A DNA stretch of 30,423 bases. Source: Paraspadella gotoi. Its lineage: Eukaryota > Animalia > Chaetognatha. The DNA is taken from contig CM119269.1 in the NCBI GenBank assembly GCA_051294375.1, positions 16,087,771 to 16,118,193 on the forward strand. Direction: 5' to 3'. Within the stretch, counting starts at the first letter, position 1. Every line of letters starts with the position of its first letter. The notes below the pieces were generated by a model. It made no database searches, was not told the origin of the DNA, and saw only the letters and a program-made list of their open reading frames with translations. The translations under genes and the position numbers were made by a program. Positions 12,635 to 23,628 of the stretch are shown in pieces.

Positions 12635-15062
12635 AACTTTCGTCATATCTAGCAAAGTATTTAGAATTTAATCTCTGTGGAAATAGTATCTGCTTGTATT
12701 TGTGAACCCTAATATCAGGGTTTTACTTGACCATTGGCTAATATTCAGCGTTTTGCCAAAATTATTTTGCGGGCTTTTTATCGAATAAGAGAGAGATATG
12801 TAATCGTTTTTTTAGTTTCTCTTGAAAGACTTTAAACTACACGTTTGCCTGTGGACGAAAACTTCCGTTTTTAACGAGTTTCCCAATGAACCCTTTTACC
12901 AAAGAAATTAACTAATATAACTTATTCTGCGTTTTTTTCTTAATCGTTTGGATCTCATGGAAGCAACATTCGGCACGGGCGACGTTCGGAATGCGCGTCC
13001 TCGGCGCATGTAAGACAACAAACATTCTTCACATCTCTGTTTCATTCAGATTAATTACAAAATTATAAATTTCCTAATGGTATAGTTATAAAAGTAATAG
13101 TTTTGATTTCTACTATCACCCAATTCTGCAAACAGCTGCACAAAATTAATCACGGTAAAACGCGTTACACTTGACTCCACAGCATTTCTTTACTTAACAT
13201 TTTAGTCTTTTCTTGCTATAATTTTTTTGCCATGACATGCTTTTTTAGGTTTATTTAGCATAATTTGGTATTAAAAAATGAATATTTCACTCTATTTCGT
13301 TTACACGTGTTATTCTTCTTCGTCCGAGGCTTTGGTATTAAGATTAATTCTTATGAGGCAGGATCAAACGCATACGAGGCTATAGGCTAAATATCGGCGT
13401 TCTAAGGAATTTGAACTACGTAGTAACTTTCTTCTTTGTAGAACCAAAACGGAACATCGCTTTAAAATACGCGCGAGTTGATCCGCCGAAGACCGTAATG
13501 AAGAGCCAGAGCGCGTTTTTTCGCGGTCTTTTTTTGCCGATTAACTGTTTGAACGCGTCGTCCGATTTTTACATGCAAATTTTGGATTTCGGCTATTTTT
13601 CGCCATTTCTCTTTTCCAACGATACCAAATTATATAGTAAAATAACGTCTAGTTTCGAACGACTGAAATTCCCGAGCTTAAATAACTTTACAATTTCTAT
13701 CACACATTTTAAGTATAAAATAATTTAACTATTTTGTAGTTTTTAGGAATGTTTAATAACTACACTTACATATTTATGTAAACTGAACTTCTTGCTTCAG
13801 TTATAACTCATGTTCACCTCTGAAATGCAAAGTGCTTTAAGCGATACAGCCTATTTTGGGAAACAAGTCATTCGTTCTCTCCAATAAATTTCTTTGTTAT
13901 CGGCCTCCCGGCGAAGCCGGTTCAGGCATCGATATTGATTCGATCAGCCCTCTTGTGACGTCGTCGGCGTCGTGCTTTTTGTATAAATAACTACTGTTTC
14001 GCTTCTTAAGGTTTTTGGCTGCGTGACTTAATCCATTTTTTTTAAATAAAAATCTAATTATGATTACTGATAAGTTTGTGTGCGATATGCATTAGTAGGG
14101 TTAAAAAACTTTAGATCATGCTCCTCTTAAAAAGCTTTGAACTTTTTATATTTAAATTTTGGATCAGTATTTTTGTTTGAATTCCAATTCATTATGAACT
14201 TACGCAGATAATGCAATTAGAGAACATAGTATTAATGAGTAATATCCAAATTATTATATAGAATAATGCTCTAATTTAATTTACATATTGCAAGTAAATA
14301 TTTTTTCCGCATTTTAAAAACTTTGTGATTATCGCGCCTTTAAATGTCCGCCGCTTTTTTTCAATGCGAAACAATCTAAATTTACATCCTCAAGATTTAC
14401 CGTGATTTATTCTCTTTCTTTCTCTCTCTTTCTTTCACTCATACACGGCAATTTTGTTTGTTTTTATTTTGGATGAATGATTCATTTCGTCAATAGAATG
14501 ACTATCATCGCATCAATGAACTGACGTATGATTGTAGATCAATAGAATGATTAAACATCACACGACTCAATGAATGACCTATCAATCGCATCATCATGTT
14601 GGTTATTAATCCACATATCATTTGGTTAAGTAATCAACATCACTCATTTGGTTATTATCCATTATTATTGTTATCAATTGTCCGCATTAATATTTGTTTA
14701 TCAATCGCATCAAAATCCTTCTGTCTATCATTCGCATCGTAAAGTATTTGGTGACTTCACATTGAAGGGAGGCTCGATCCCTATTCTTTTAAGATTTTTT
14801 TCATACCACTTGATGGGAAGTGAATTTATCCATGCTGTTGGGCGCAGAGATCACAATGACACAAATGTTTCAAAAGTCAAGATGATCATATGTAACGATC
14901 ATTGGACAGTATGATCGGCTTTAAGATGCTTCCCCAAATTCCTTAGGACTGAAGAGATTTATCCATCTCAACGTGGCAGATTTCTGTACGTCTGCCCGCC
15001 AACGACTACAGGTACTAGCACTCACACTCGTCTTGGGAGAATGAGCGACTATGTTTTATAAC
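12635..15062 (-). CDS. Multi-exon protein-coding gene, convergent with the + gene and disrupted by indels; uncharacterised, tentatively DUF4770-like
   Basis: Putative introns 13074-13119 (46 nt, GTGATA..TAG) and 13677-13769 (93 nt, GTAAGT..AAG; joins SKKFSLHKY|LGNFSRSKLDVILLYNLVSLEK in phase). Long protein-like frames between indels: WRADVQKSATLRWINLFSPKE, AWINSLPIKWYEKNLKRIGIEPP, LNRLRREADNK/LLERTNDLFPKIG, ECCFHEIQTIKKK, LISLVKGFIGKLVKNG, FKVFQEKLKNDYISLSYSIK. The family assignment is from remembered pattern only. Confidence 0.55.
14470..14740. repeat. Degenerate ~20-bp tandem repeat (caatgaatgactatcatcgcat-like), probably inside an exon of the - strand gene
   Basis: Recurrent tcaat(a)gaatga, atcaatcgcatca and tttggtta units. 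Reads as D/A/I/N-rich repeats (DANDRQKDFDAIDKQ) on -. Confidence 0.6.
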
Positions 15063-15166
15063 CTTAATTTTAAATAACTTAATTCTCCGGGGCAAAACAA
15101 AGTTTTTTCGGCAACAATTCTTTAACATTTCAATGATGGTGCCACAATTCTCAAATACTTATCAAA

Positions 15167-15540
15167 TTTTTTAGTCGGATCTGCTTATCAGCAGATCCCG
15201 ACTCTATAACTCACTTTTTCGGTCCGTCGGTCCGCCCGCCCATCAATATTGTCGGGCACATCACGTTATATATGTCAGACATCGAATTAATGATAACATT
15301 ATGCAAAAAAAAAACGGATAGTCCGAAGTCCGTACCGTTCGTCTGATCCTGTCCGTCGCGTCCGTGCCGTCCGTCCCCCTTTAGCATAAAAACTCCATTA
15401 CTCGTGATTGGATGGATGAGTTGGGTATGAAATTTGGTTTGTGGGGTAGGAGAAGCAGTGTGATTGAGATGGATATCGAAGTTTTGAGGGAATCGTGCGA
15501 TGGAAATTGGTTTAATGGACAAAAACAAAATATATTTCAC
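15167..15540 (+). mobile_element. DINE-1/HINE-like (Helentron-associated) non-autonomous element, 5' portion
   Basis: T-run followed by hairpin AGTCGGATCTGCT-tatc-AGCAGATCC(C)GACT (15173-15203), then GTCC/CCGT microsatellite patches (15220-15240, 15320-15376) and a tgaaatttggt core. This order matches the known DINE-1/HINE architecture. The 3' end is not identifiable. Confidence 0.7.
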
Positions 15541-18500
15541 TATTTGAACGCCATCTCTCTACAACCAGGTACTGGCGGGGAGATGCTAGGTAACTACGAA
15601 AGCTGAGCGCACTGAGGAGGAGCGGATATAAGGACGACCGAATCGATGGACGACTGGCGCAGACGCGACGGGATTACGCCTGACGGCTCGTATGAGTAAG
15701 AAGACGACTGGGGGAAGAAACGACCATGAACGGTGAGAGGGATATCGAAAAAAAAAAAAGAAAGAAAAAAAAATAAAAAGAAAAAAAATAAAAAAACAAA
15801 AAACAAAAAGAAAAAAAAATGAAATAAAAAAAAAAAAAAGCAAAACAGAAAAAAAAAAATAGAATTGAATAAAATAAATACAACTTCGGCGGGGGTGGGA
15901 GTCTCACCGTCCCCTTCCGCCCAATCACCATCGTCTCAGCGCGGCGTGCCGCCTTCCATGCATCTCTCCTCTCTCCACTTATCGTCCGCCCTCTCCTCTC
16001 TCATCACAACTATTGTCCGGCTCTCATGCACACGGATCATGACTTAGCGCCTACGATCGTCAGATCTCTCGCGCTCTTCTCCTATCAGCTCTCACCTAAA
16101 GTCGCATCGTCTCGAGCCCGTCAACCCTCTCCCTCATCTCGCGTCGTCTCTCACTGCGACACCCGCCTTTTCGTCGCTTCCTGACCCGCCTCGGATTACT
16201 CCGTATCTCCGCCCAAAGTGTTTTCCCCTCACACGTCCGCCCCTCCGACCCTTCTCTTCTCACATTCATGCTACCTCCCTGCTCTCCGTTCCTCGACAAC
16301 CCGCTCTCATCTACTGACTCTCCTTTCCGGATCTCCCGGCGCCATTCTTCCCGTCTCCGTTCCTCTCAGTCACTCTCCACGTCGGGTCGCCCCTCACGGA
16401 CCTACCCTCACATCCTTCCCAGAGACCATCTCCTCCTCCTCGTTCTATCAACGTCTCTCACCCCTCCTCGTCCGCCGCCCCTTTCTCCCGCCTCTAGCTA
16501 CTCCCAATCGCGCAATTCCCGATGAATCTAGTCCACCTCCGTCTCTACTCCGCTCAGTCCTCGCTCCTCCCGCTCCTCTCTCCGGGGTCTCTCTATCGGC
16601 TCCTGGCGTCCAACCCTCCTCTTCATCTTCGTCGTCTCAGCCGTCATCTCTCTCTTTCCCATCGCTGTTGCGGCTCGGTGGCTCAGTATGATTCACTGGA
16701 GGGTGGGAGCTGTCAAACAGCAGGTGAGTATGGTGCGCGCCGTTGGATAAGGGCGTCTGTCACGTGTTCCTGAGGCATCTGTGATCGCAAGTGAGGCAGA
16801 TTGTCCCCTCGGCGGCCTTAAGACGGTCATAGATGGAACCAGGAGCTGTCGGGTACGCGCGATCAGTGTGTCGGCCTTATTCGCTGGAATTAGTACCTTG
16901 TATGGAGCAGCGTGCGTCGATCGGTTCGCATAAGTTCCTCAGTCTGTACGTCGTATCGGGCCCGAGCCGAGTGTTAGGTCAGGGTCAGATGTGTATCGGC
17001 CTCTTGACACGGACAGCTCGCCGTACGTCTATAACGCCCTCTCCACTCCATGGCGAGTTGCGCTCTGCCAGGCAAGGGCAGTGTCAACTCACAGATTCGA
17101 GCGTTGCCCACTCGAAGATTGACTCATAGACGACAAGTGAATACGCGGCGACGCGACGTAGTGTCTTCGCAAGAAGTATACTCCACTGAAAGGTGAGTCA
17201 GCATCGTACCTGCCTTCCTATGGTACCTCCAGGAGAACATCGCGGACTCACGTCGGGGCGCAAGAGGGAGACATATTATCTAGGTAGGATGGAACAGCAC
17301 AGGTCGGCCGCCCTCTCTCCTCCCCTTGTTGGCTATCTCCTCGTCCCGACGACCGCGCTGGCGAGGTATAGAGAGATCCAAGCCGTCGCTCCATTCTGAG
17401 TACGCCGTTAGGTTATCAGTAGGGGGATTGCTCTGTGTATCCGCCACTCTCTCCAAGGGTGCCGAGCTGAGTGGAGACAGGCAGGGACTGCGTAGAGCAT
17501 CTACGTCGTTAACGCTACATTCGAGTGTTTCATTCGATGTATCGCCTGGATTGGCTATCGCATTGAGGAGTGGGCTTGTGAGGGACACAAACGGGCCGAT
17601 TCGGAGTTAATCCAGAATACTATCGGGGGAGTAGGTGCGAAGTAGGTGCAATCCTAGATGGGCTAGTTGATAGATCCAGATGGTATGTTATGTACGGCGC
17701 TTTGGTACCACGGAGGGACGCGTGCCGGTGCCATGGGACTGTTGGACGGGCTGGGAGGAGTCATGCTAAGGTCCTTGGAGGCGCGATCTGTCAGTTTACC
17801 AGCCGATTACGACTATGTGAAGTCGCGACACGATGGGTCTAGTAGTGCCTCCGCGCGGATGCGTTCCACAACAGATATCGTGCCGAGGCGTCCGTGTGCT
17901 GAAGGAGTTCCGCGTCCTCTGCGACGAGGGTTGTTGAGCCCTCGTAAGGAGCTAGATCTAGATCTCAGATTGGCTGATCTGTCGGACTAGGTCTTCTTAC
18001 GAGGTGTCGCGAGAGTGCAGGCGTCATTGCGGCCGAGGGATTGTCTCTCGGATCTCTCATCATGCTACGCGCTCATCTCTCTCTCTGATCTACTCTGTCG
18101 TCGACTTGGAGTGGAAGGACTGGCTTTGATTCCTGGCATTGGATTGAGTTCCGTCCTCGCATCGCGGTGCGTGCGGATCCTGATTCAAGTAGGGTGGCCA
18201 TTAGTCGCAGGGCAGCGTATGTTTCAGGGAGGCGCGGAGCGTCAGCTGGCGCCGAAGAAGACGACGTTTTATAGAGTTGCGTGACATGGACTCTTTGGCC
18301 GCGGCTATTCAAGCAATGCGGCTTCCCGGCTGTCGAGCAGGTCTCTCTTTATTAGACGTGGTGGCGTTTTTTTTTTTTGTTTTTTTGTCCGCGGTATATA
18401 CAAGTGAATGGGCATTTGTCGTGACAGGCGTGAGTTTGTGGTTGCAATCTTCGTCACTCTTATCGCTGTGTTGCGATAGCCACATTAGAAGACCCCGGCG

Positions 18501-19979
18501 ATTCTGGCAGACAGGCCTATCGGTGGGTAGCCCTTTCCGGTCAAACGGGTCCAAACTGGCTTGATCCGTAAACATTGAATGGTCGACGCTTTGGAAATGA
18601 CGCCTCCTTTTTTTCTAATCGAACTAGTGTAACTCAACATTAAGTTATTTTCATTTCCTGATTAGAACTTAACATCCTTTTTTTTTAAATTCACTTCTTC
18701 ATTTCAGCGTCTAATTAAGCCAACATCCTACAAGTCCGGCTTTGACGCCCCATTCTTCCGGTTGCCACGGCCCTACCGGGACGCGTTCCCACATCCCAGA
18801 TAGGTCGACCGGGGGTCCCTTTGTGGGCACAAGCGGTCAATAGTGTCACCAACCGAATTTCGAGTCCAGAGGGCGGAGATGGTGCCCAGTCGGAATTTAC
18901 CGAAGGCAGGGAAACCAAGACAATGGGTTTTTGGAGAGAGAGGATGGAAGGGAGGTGGGGCGGGGGGGGGAGGAAGAAAAGGCAGGAATAAGTGAGGAAA
19001 AACAAGTGGGAGAAGGAGAGGGGCAAGATAAAGATGGTGACTGCTCATGTGGAGAAGGAAGTAAAAGAGTGACGACGGACGGAGGTCGATAGAGTGGGAC
19101 ATACAGTTAATGGTACCACTGGGAGGGGTCCAGACCACAAGAGAGCACGGCGAATGCAGCGGCATAGGAGAGAAGGAAATGGGTATGCTGAGGTGTAGGA
19201 AAAGTATGTTAGCATGAGGAGGTTTGGAGTATATAGGTGTCGGGCGCGCCTCAGGCATGAACCAGGAGGGTACGAGGGCTTGACGAGGCCTACGCAGGGA
19301 GGAAGCGCGAGAGCTCGCGTGCACCGGAGAGTATCAGGACACTAGAGAGTGACAAGCAGTGTGGAACTGAACGGTAAAGCGCTGAGAGGGGATCAAGTGA
19401 GGTGACTTCGTCGGTGTCGAGATTCGTGGCGCTCGCAGAAGCTCGCTGTTGAGTGGCTGACAGATAAAACGTAAAGATACAGAATGGACTGGCTGGCATG
19501 CGGAACAGGATAAAAACTAAGCAGGACGCCAAAGTCAGTGGAAGAGCAAGGAAGTATGCTTCGTGCTCTCATGCTGCTCGTTTCTTCCCATCGTCGGGGC
19601 TCTCGCTGATCACGAGTTTCATCCACTTCCTCGTCACTTCGTCTTATGTCTCGTCTTCCCTCCTCCGGTCTCGTCATCCCTCACTGCCCCTCGTCATCTC
19701 GTTCGCACTATCCACCACTTGCAGCTCGTTTTAGTGAATTGCCTGGTCAACCAGCCCGAGCGATGCGAAGGCGGTGAAAGACTAGAAGGAGTCTGATTAC
19801 TTGTGGCTTATTTTTATGTCTTTACCTCTACGTGGGATTCCGGGTGCGCTATATAACAAAAAGCCGTTGTTCATTTGTTAGGACCCGCAAAAAGTCGAGG
19901 GAAAAAAGAGGAAAAAAAAGTTTTCCGGTACGCCGCCGCCAGGAGAGATGGTCTCTGGGAAGGTGGGAACGAGAGTAGA

Positions 19980-19990
19980 GAAGGAGAGAG

Positions 19991-20022
<32 letters not shown>

Positions 20023-20110
20023 AGAAGAAAGAGGCAGAGAGGAGAGAGAGAGAGAGAGGAGAGAAGAGAGAGGAGAGAGAGAGAGAGAGAGAGAGAAGAG
20101 ATGAGAGAGA
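19980..20110 (+). repeat. Imperfect (GA)n microsatellite
   Basis: Directly visible. Confidence 0.95.
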
Positions 20111-20144
20111 GCGTGAAAGGTGAGTTGAGCCCGCGCACCGAGTC

Positions 20145-20390
20145 TTACGCGCGCGGGGATCTAACTGGCCATACGCAGGGAAAAAAACAACGACCTTGAG
20201 CGTAGAAAAGCGAGAAGACAGCGAGGCGACGGATAAACTCATCGACAGCACGGATCAGAACGAACGCACAGAACGTGAGGACGATAACGACGACGACGCT
20301 GATGGCACCGAGTGTGACCACAAACAATTTATACGCAAAAAGCTTTCTTGCTTTCTTTTGCCGAACAGACAAATCTCCATTTGCGTCCAT
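20145..20390 (-). CDS. Possible 81-aa small ORF with one transmembrane-like segment
   Basis: ATG in gctATGG context; basic RQKKARK followed by ~25 hydrophobic residues (LFVVTLGAISVVVVIVLTFCAFVLI). Part of the hydrophobicity comes from a (GTC)n repeat. No homology recognised. Confidence 0.2.
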   Translation of the reverse strand: MDANGDLSVRQKKARKLFAYKLFVVTLGAISVVVVIVLTFCAFVLIRAVDEFIRRLAVFSLFYAQGRCFFPCVWPVRSPRA

Positions 20391-20460
20391 AGCTCACGCA
20401 CAAATCTTTAATAATTAAAATAAGAATAACACAATAAAGAACGAAATTAGGCCTTAGTGC

Positions 20461-20462
<2 letters not shown>

Positions 20463-20528
<66 letters not shown>

Positions 20529-20568
20529 AGAGAGAGAAAGAGAGAGAGAGAGAGAAAGAAGAGAGAGA
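20463..20568 (+). repeat. (GA)n microsatellite
   Basis: Directly visible. Confidence 0.96.
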
Positions 20569-21794
20569 GGGCAATTCGCGTAGCGTCTGCCTTCCTTTTT
20601 TGTTTCAGGTGGCCGAGATTTCGGCGGCTGGCCAAACAAAAGAGAATCGGACGAATTTGGATTTTTGGGGGTGGGGATGTTGATGGTGGGATGGGGTGGC
20701 GGGGGTGGCGGGGAGGGGCGGGGTGTCGGGAGGGTGGGGGGTGGCAAAAGAAGCAGAAGGGTGAAGACAATGGCGGGTAGAGGGGGCGAAGAAAATGAGA
20801 GGAATCACTGGCAGCGACAGTAAATGACGTAAAAAAGAGAGAAGTGTGGGAAAGCGAGGAGTGACTGACGCAGAGGTGGTCGGAATGAAAGAAAAAATAA
20901 CGAGAGAAGCAACAGTTGCGACAAAAGGGTGACGCTAAGGTTGTTGTGAAAAAAGTAGTGGACGCAGGTTAGTGGAAGAGACAGGCGGTGATGGTGACGG
21001 TGGCAGGCGTTGGCGGAAGGGACGCGGCGCGTCGCGGCGAAACAGGTCAAAATGCCAACGACGTCGTGGCCTCGAATCACCTTCCGCCCGAATCGCTCGA
21101 CCCAGGTGATGGAGGGAGATGGAGAGTGAAAATGGGGTGAAGGAGAAGAGGTTGGGGTGGGGATGGGTGGCACGGGGTGGTGAGGGGGTGGTCAGTGAGT
21201 GTAATGGCATGGAGGACAAACATTGATAGTTTTATTTGTTTTGTTTTGAGTATTACTAAGACAATAAAAATAATTTGTATATGAATTTAACAAGAAAAAA
21301 AAACTATATTTCCTGCACGGAGAATCAATTGAAAGCAAGAACATCCTCTTGACTTGTATATGAAAACAAAAAATACAAAAATAAAAATACGAAAAGATAC
21401 TTGGTATAATTTTGTGAGAAACAGCTTTCATGAAAGGAAATTGTTAAATGAAATGATTTTTGTATTACCGAGCATCACATCATAAAAACAAAATAAGTTC
21501 GATATAAAAGTCGTTGTAATGTCAAAAGCGAAAATTGACAAAAAAAATTGAGAGAACCAGAAAGATAAGATGACGACAGATAACAGAGACAGAGACAGAG
21601 TCGTTCGGATTCAATCGTCAAAAACTTTTCTTCGGATTCGATTCCCAACGAAAAAAAAATCGAGGGAAAAAAAGATACTTGACATTCAAAAAATTGGAGA
21701 GTTTTTAGAGGAGAAATCTTTTGTCATGGTAAACTCCTTGCTCTTGCTCGGAGAGAGATTTGCAGGTAGAGAGACTCGCTGACCAGAGGTGAGA

Positions 21795-21866
21795 GGAGAA
21801 GGAGAGAGAGAAGAGAGAGAGGAGAGGAGACAGAGAGGAGAGAGAGAGAGAGAGAGAGAGACAGAG
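21795..21866 (+). repeat. Imperfect (GA)n microsatellite
   Basis: Directly visible. Confidence 0.9.
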
Positions 21867-22469
21867 CGAAAGAGCGGCCTTTTGACTTGCTGTCGTTTGG
21901 CTCTGATATTTGAATATAAGATTGGCTCGACCCATGCTTCGGAGGCGAAAAGAATAGGGATGGGTGAGGGTGGGCTCAAAGAAAGGGGTGGGATAACGAG
22001 TAGGTGGGTGGGGGCACAGTGGTTAGTTACGAAAGGGGGGAGGAAAGGAGGCGAGAAATATCGACGGCGCTTCAACTCAAATACGGAAAATCAAAACTGA
22101 AAATTTCTCTCCGCGAAAATTCTATATTCAATTTTTTTTTCTTCTCCTTTTTTTTTTTTCTCCTGCCGTCGAATTTTTTTTTCCCCTTTTGTTTCTGACT
22201 TTTTGAAAGGAAGGAGAACCTGAGGCGAGCCTCTTTTTTTAGGCGGAGGCGGGGCGGGGGGGCGGATCTGCAGATTGAGGGAAAAATAGCAAAGTTGACC
22301 GAAAAAGGAGAAATAAATAAACGTTCCCCGCTCAGCAATAATGATATTGTTGTTGACGTTGTGGGAAAAGGACTGCAATTCGTCGTCGTCGTCGTCTCTC
22401 GTCGTTGCCATCGATAGATAAAATCGGTAAAAATCTTTAGAATTTGAGTTTTTTGTAAAAAAATATATT

Positions 22470-22474
<5 letters not shown>

Positions 22475-22548
<74 letters not shown>

Positions 22549-22572
22549 CTCTTCTCTCTCTCTCTCTCTCTC
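22475..22572 (+). repeat. (TC)n microsatellite
   Basis: Directly visible. Confidence 0.97.
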
Positions 22573-22994
22573 CTTTTTTGGCCCAATCCGCAAAATAATC
22601 GGTCCGACTACGCGGATAAACTTTTTTCTATGTTTTTCTTTGTTTTCCTTTTTCTGCCATTTTTTATTGTTTTTTTGTTTTTTGTTTCGTTTTTTTTTTT
22701 CTCTCGTCTGCTTTCAGAATCCTCCCCCAGTCGTTCGTTTTCAATTCCTGGTGGAATCGACCCAACGAAATCCGTAACGGTCAATTTCGAACGAAAACCG
22801 TTTACATTTCTATTCCCAGGCAGGTTGAAAGCGGATGGTTCTGCTCTACGGGAGGTGTGAACCCTGGGAAGAGGAGCGAGTAGGAGGGAGAGCGAGGTGG
22901 GGAAGAGGTCGGGGCAACGCTCTCAGTTTTTTCGGGTACCCGCCGGCGCCTCGCTCCTGCCCCCGTCGCGCTGCCGTGCGCGCCAACGCTTCGT

Positions 22995-23045
22995 CTCTCT
23001 CTCGTCTCTCTCTCTCTCTCTCTCTCTCACTTCTCTCTCTCTCTT

Positions 23046-23089
<44 letters not shown>
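22995..23089 (+). repeat. (TC)n microsatellite
   Basis: Directly visible. Confidence 0.96.
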
Positions 23090-23285
23090 GTTGTCGCTCT
23101 TCGCAATTTTTTTTTCGCTTCGTAGAGGGTCACTACTATGTGGCCATCTCTCGAATAAGTATACCGCGTTTGCTTCAGCTTTCTTTTTCGACCAATAGAA
23201 AAGCGGAAGCGAATCGACTACCGACCAATCACAGTGCCTGTTTATATCTCTCCCATTCTCCGTCTCATGTGGCACGAACAAGCTA

Positions 23286-23299
23286 CTCTTCTCTCTTCT

Positions 23300-23374
<75 letters not shown>
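23286..23374 (+). repeat. (TC)n microsatellite
   Basis: Directly visible. Confidence 0.96.
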
Positions 23375-23378
<4 letters not shown>

Positions 23379-23520
23379 ACGACGAAAAAAAAGGGGAGTT
23401 CGGTCGCAGAGTATATGTTTGTAAATAAATCTCTCTCTTCTCGAGACTTAGTCCGACCTCTTATTTTATTCTCGCTCTCGGTTCATTTTAATTTATTGTC
23501 ATTATGAAAAAAGTACGAAG

Positions 23521-23628
<108 letters not shown>

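Larger units (their letters stand above)
6786..19870 (+). other. Probable uncorrected long-read gap fill: insertion-rich re-read of 4273-6520 with junk bursts and an embedded foreign block
   Basis: Starts immediately after a 25-N gap. Differences from the clean copy are mostly 1-3 nt insertions (cgaaaacaat vs cgacaaaacaat; ggtcaacgggtcaaactgct vs ggtcaaacgggtccaaactggct), and anchors keep their order. The right boundary is approximate. Confidence 0.85.

Noticed and set aside
13411-13728. 105-aa + strand ORF (also 10597-10812, 12351-12557 and 14648-14914)
   Set aside because: Antisense shadows of the spliced genes on the opposite strand; splice signals favour the other orientation.
13897-13934. 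Hairpin tatcg-gcct-cccggc-gaa-gccgg-ttc-aggc-atcgata resembling a second HINE 5' end
   Set aside because: It falls inside a protein-like - strand frame (LNRLRREADNK) and lacks a clear downstream GTCY array; probably coincidental.
14470-14740. CRISPR-like repeat array
   Set aside because: Degenerate tandem units without unique spacers, in a eukaryotic context with no cas genes.
15890-18360. Ser/Pro-rich ORF 16218-16691 and the cluster of short GC-rich ORFs to 18300 (viral or bacterial insert?)
   Set aside because: No domain, codon pattern or long ORF. The position corresponds to the 305-N gap of the clean copy, and the C/T-rich part looks like a garbled (CT)n tract from a low-quality read.
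19035-19870. ORFs 18773-19324 and 19290-19796
   Set aside because: Still within the noisy read, corresponding to the purine-rich 6520-6760 stretch; no coding signal.
21763-21769. Zelda/TAGteam site CAGGTAG
   Set aside because: A single 7-mer is expected by chance.
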